Assembly: GCA_003152105.1 (NCBI GenBank)
Contig: PLZJ01000002.1
Span: 597,682-661,681 of the forward strand
DNA length: 64,000 bases
Reading direction: 5' to 3'
Source of the DNA: Candidatus Levyibacteriota bacterium
GTDB lineage: Bacteria; Patescibacteriota; Microgenomatia; Levybacterales; UBA12049
Numbering within the stretch: position 1 is the stretch's first letter; every line of letters begins with the position of its first letter. The notes below the pieces were generated by a model. That model was not told where the DNA came from, made no database searches, and worked only from the letters and a program-made list of their open reading frames with translations. Below are positions 61,310 to 64,000 of the stretch, one piece after another. Made by a program: the position numbers and the translations under genes.

Positions 61310-63007
61310 ATGTCTGCACTTCTCGAAAATGAAGCAAGTAGTAGTAGCATGGAGAAATTAGCCCCAGTTCCTTCTTCGTTGTTGTATTCAATAGATGATC
61401 TTAAGCGCTTTTCAGGTAATTTCCGAAATGAATTAGCAAGAGCTTGTAATGGTCAAGAAAGTAGTCTTTCAAATAACGCACATGACATCCCTTCGTTTTC
61501 TCATGTTAAAGAGGGTGAATATTTTCAGGCTTTTGTGGTTGGAGGAACAAATTATAAAACCGCCTTAATGCAAAGAACTGGTGAAGGTGCTAATTTGCTT
61601 GATGTAAGTAGATGTGTAATAGGACCTTCGGCAACTGATGTTGATATTATTACACTTATTACAGCTAGTATTGATCCAAGGTCAACAGTAGTAGGTTTAA
61701 ATTTTGCATTTCCTATGAAGCCGGTTGATAGAGACGGTGTATTAGATGGCATACTACTTGGTGCTACTAAGGAACGAAAGTTTAAAAAATATATTGGCCA
61801 AGAGATAGGAAAAGTAATTGAAGATGAAATAGTTAGGATTCATGGTCGTAAAATCAAAGTTACGGTTGCAAATGATACAGCTTGCCTTGCGATTGCTGGA
61901 ATAGAAGGAGATAATGCGAATAAAATTGCCGCTGGAGTTGTTGGAACTGGTTTAAATTTTGCAATTAGCCATCAAGGTAAAATCATAAATCTTGAATCAG
62001 CAAATTTTGATAAATTTGAACAAACTGAAACGGGTAGGCAAATAAACAGAGAATCAAAAGCAAAAAATAAAGCTCTCTTTGAAAAAGAAGTATCAGCTGG
62101 TTATCTTTATTTACATCTTAAAAAGATCTTAGAATCAGAAGGAGAGGACGCCTCGCATATCACAAGTACTGAAGATGTAAGTATCATCGCCTCAGCGAAT
62201 GATGGAAGTAAGGCATCTGAATACGCAAATACACTTCTTGAGAGATCTGCATCACTTGTTGCTGTTCAGATTGTTGCAATTTACGAATTCATGGAGCAAC
62301 CACAAATAACAATGGTTATGGAAGGCAGTTTATTTACAAAGTCTCCTCGATATAGAAGTCATGTTGAAAGATATCTTAAAGAACTTGGAGTACCAGAAAA
62401 TGGAGTTATGTTCCAAAGTTATCAAGAAAGTGATCTATTAGGTGCTGCCAAACTTGCCGCAATTGAAGAAACTACCATGTCTTTTCCAGAAACAGTTCCA
62501 ATGGAAGAAATTGAGAGTCGATTCTTACTTTCAGATATTCCCGAAGATTTACAAAGTGCAATACGATGTGGAAAAATAGAACAAATGCAGCAAGGATATT
62601 TATCAAGTTCAGAAAGAATTAGAAAAGTAATATATGAAGGGGGATTAACGCTTTACACGATTGTTGATAAAAAACCAGTACCGGGAAAACCAGATTATGT
62701 TAAGGATGATGAACCAATGGTGATTGGAAGAGATGAGTTTATGAGAAAATGGAAATTAATTAAAGGGTATCCAATTTTCAAAACCAGATTTCTTCTCGAT
62801 AATTCCGCGGTTGAGCCTCATAAGGGAAAAATTGTTATTGATAGTTTTGAAGGAAAATTTAATGATATAAATCTAATTGAAGTAGAGTTCGAATCATTAG
62901 AAGATTGTGACAGTTTTGTTCCATTGTCATGGTTTGGACCAGAAGTAACGCAAACTGTCTCAAGTAGTAAACTAGCGCATAACAATGCTCGAGTACCTCA
63001 ATTGTAA
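61310..63007 (+). CDS. Hexokinase (eukaryote-type fold) fused to a C-terminal CYTH/TTM domain
   Basis: GGTN, NFAFP, ANDT, GTGLN, INLE, FEKEVS, EGSLF; then EIESRFL, QGYL, RIRK, KTRF, IEVEF, WFGPEVT. Confidence 0.8.
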   Translation: MSALLENEASSSSMEKLAPVPSSLLYSIDDLKRFSGNFRNELARACNGQESSLSNNAHDIPSFSHVKEGEYFQAFVVGGTNYKTALMQRTGEGANLLDVSRCVIGPSATDVDIITLITASIDPRSTVVGLNFAFPMKPVDRDGVLDGILLGATKERKFKKYIGQEIGKVIEDEIVRIHGRKIKVTVANDTACLAIAGIEGDNANKIAAGVVGTGLNFAISHQGKIINLESANFDKFEQTETGRQINRESKAKNKALFEKEVSAGYLYLHLKKILESEGEDASHITSTEDVSIIASANDGSKASEYANTLLERSASLVAVQIVAIYEFMEQPQITMVMEGSLFTKSPRYRSHVERYLKELGVPENGVMFQSYQESDLLGAAKLAAIEETTMSFPETVPMEEIESRFLLSDIPEDLQSAIRCGKIEQMQQGYLSSSERIRKVIYEGGLTLYTIVDKKPVPGKPDYVKDDEPMVIGRDEFMRKWKLIKGYPIFKTRFLLDNSAVEPHKGKIVIDSFEGKFNDINLIEVEFESLEDCDSFVPLSWFGPEVTQTVSSSKLAHNNARVPQL

Positions 63008-63103
63008 TGTAATCAAATTGACAATTTCTTGATTAAATTCTAGTGTATAATTAGAATGTATTGATGAGTTCTTATAGATTTTTTATCGTTGTAATATAAG
63101 AAA

Positions 63104-64000
63104 ATGGAACAAAATGCAAAAATACCTCGACTTAAAATGCTTGACGGGATTCGAGGCATTGCAATTTTGCTTGTCGTCTTAACTCATGTAAATCCAACGT
63201 TTATCCTATCTTCTCTACCTTTGTTTATAAAGCCATATGTTGCGTTAGTTTTTACAAGTGGCGTTACAGGAGTTAGTTTACTTTTTATTTTATCTGGATT
63301 TTTTATGGGATATATTTACCCAAATCCAGTAAGTACATTACATTTTCTCCAAAAAAGATACACAAGAATTTTTCCTCTTTTTTTAACAATGTGTGTATTT
63401 ATGTTACTAATTCGTAATTTGCCAAATTTAGCTTGGTACTTGCAGATTAGCTACATTCTTATACTTGCATTAATAACAAATATATTCTGGGTATTTATCA
63501 TTAAGAGAGTTATACAATCAGCTAAGTTTTCTAAAGGTATTTTTATTTCATTTTTAATTATTCAAGCACTCGTTGCTTGTTTCTACGCTATATGGATTAT
63601 GAGACATACACCACTTTACTTTAATCAACAGTTGCCAGTCTATATTCGAGAAGGTACGATCGGACTAGTAAATGCAACGCTTACTCTTGGTTTGGGTAAT
63701 TATGTTCCAATGTTAGATGGGGTTTATTGGAGTTTGGCATCGGAAGTATTGTTTTATATTTTATATCCAATTGTCGCAGTGCCATTAATTGCTCTAACTT
63801 TAACAAAAGGAAAATTTACAAAGCTATTATTTATTGCAACATTTATACCACTTTTTGTAGGAATATATTTAATTTCTCATAGGCTAGCGGTTTTGAGTAT
63901 ATTCCAATTTGAATTATTCTTTTATTTTGTAACGGGAATTAGTCTTGCATATTTTTATCGACTACACACTACTAAATTTGAAAAAGTTACAAGTTTTTTT
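63104..64000 (+). CDS. Acyltransferase-3 (OafA-like), runs off window end
   Basis: Read manually from ATG 63104: MEQNAKIPRLKMLDGIRGIAILLVVLTH, FILSGFFM, KRYTRIFP, WSLASEVLFY. Confidence 0.88.
   Translation, partial: MEQNAKIPRLKMLDGIRGIAILLVVLTHVNPTFILSSLPLFIKPYVALVFTSGVTGVSLLFILSGFFMGYIYPNPVSTLHFLQKRYTRIFPLFLTMCVFMLLIRNLPNLAWYLQISYILILALITNIFWVFIIKRVIQSAKFSKGIFISFLIIQALVACFYAIWIMRHTPLYFNQQLPVYIREGTIGLVNATLTLGLGNYVPMLDGVYWSLASEVLFYILYPIVAVPLIALTLTKGKFTKLLFIATFIPLFVGIYLISHRLAVLSIFQFELFFYFVTGISLAYFYRLHTTKFEKVTSFF

Noticed and set aside
352-61752. Numerous 60-130 aa ORFs nested in or antisense to larger genes
   Set aside because: They overlap well-supported CDSs and show no motifs; expected by chance.
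63011-63057. Imperfect inverted repeats after the hexokinase-CYTH stop
   Set aside because: AT-rich and weak, with no clear U-tract; cannot be distinguished from chance.
1-64000. tRNA, rRNA, IS elements, prophage genes
   Set aside because: Intergenic gaps are short and none shows such signatures by eye; tRNAscan-SE or Infernal would be needed to exclude small RNAs.

Overview
AT-rich, gene-dense bacterial chromosome segment in standard code. Gene content (DUF4012, alpha2-type GlyRS, membrane-anchored MurF, many GT-C proteins, mostly leaderless genes) suggests a Patescibacteria/CPR (Microgenomates-like) genome; that assignment is inference. 1-27.9 kb is a surface-glycosylation locus (GT2/GT4/GT9/GT-C, methyltransferases, ManC, priming transferase). 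28-32 kb holds recO, an MshA-like GT4 and glyQS. 32-53 kb is a dcw cluster that lacks murD/ddl and carries an unusual UDP-GlcNAc module. 53-64 kb is an accessory region. Best leads: (1) a YerC/HisR-type repressor with two palindromic operators on its own promoter, whose 3' end (His-His codons) forms a 1:2/2:3/3:4 attenuator ahead of a PRTase and a LOG gene; (2) a Crp regulator, an HD phosphodiesterase-like gene and a hexokinase-CYTH fusion, with palindromes at -41.5 and -61.5; (3) half-GlmU + GNA1-like GNAT + HAD + glmS; (4) a GT-C gene split by two inserted genes; (5) a MurB that appears to lack its catalytic residues. No rRNA, tRNA, CRISPR or transposase was recognised. All family calls come from motif recognition by eye, not database searches.
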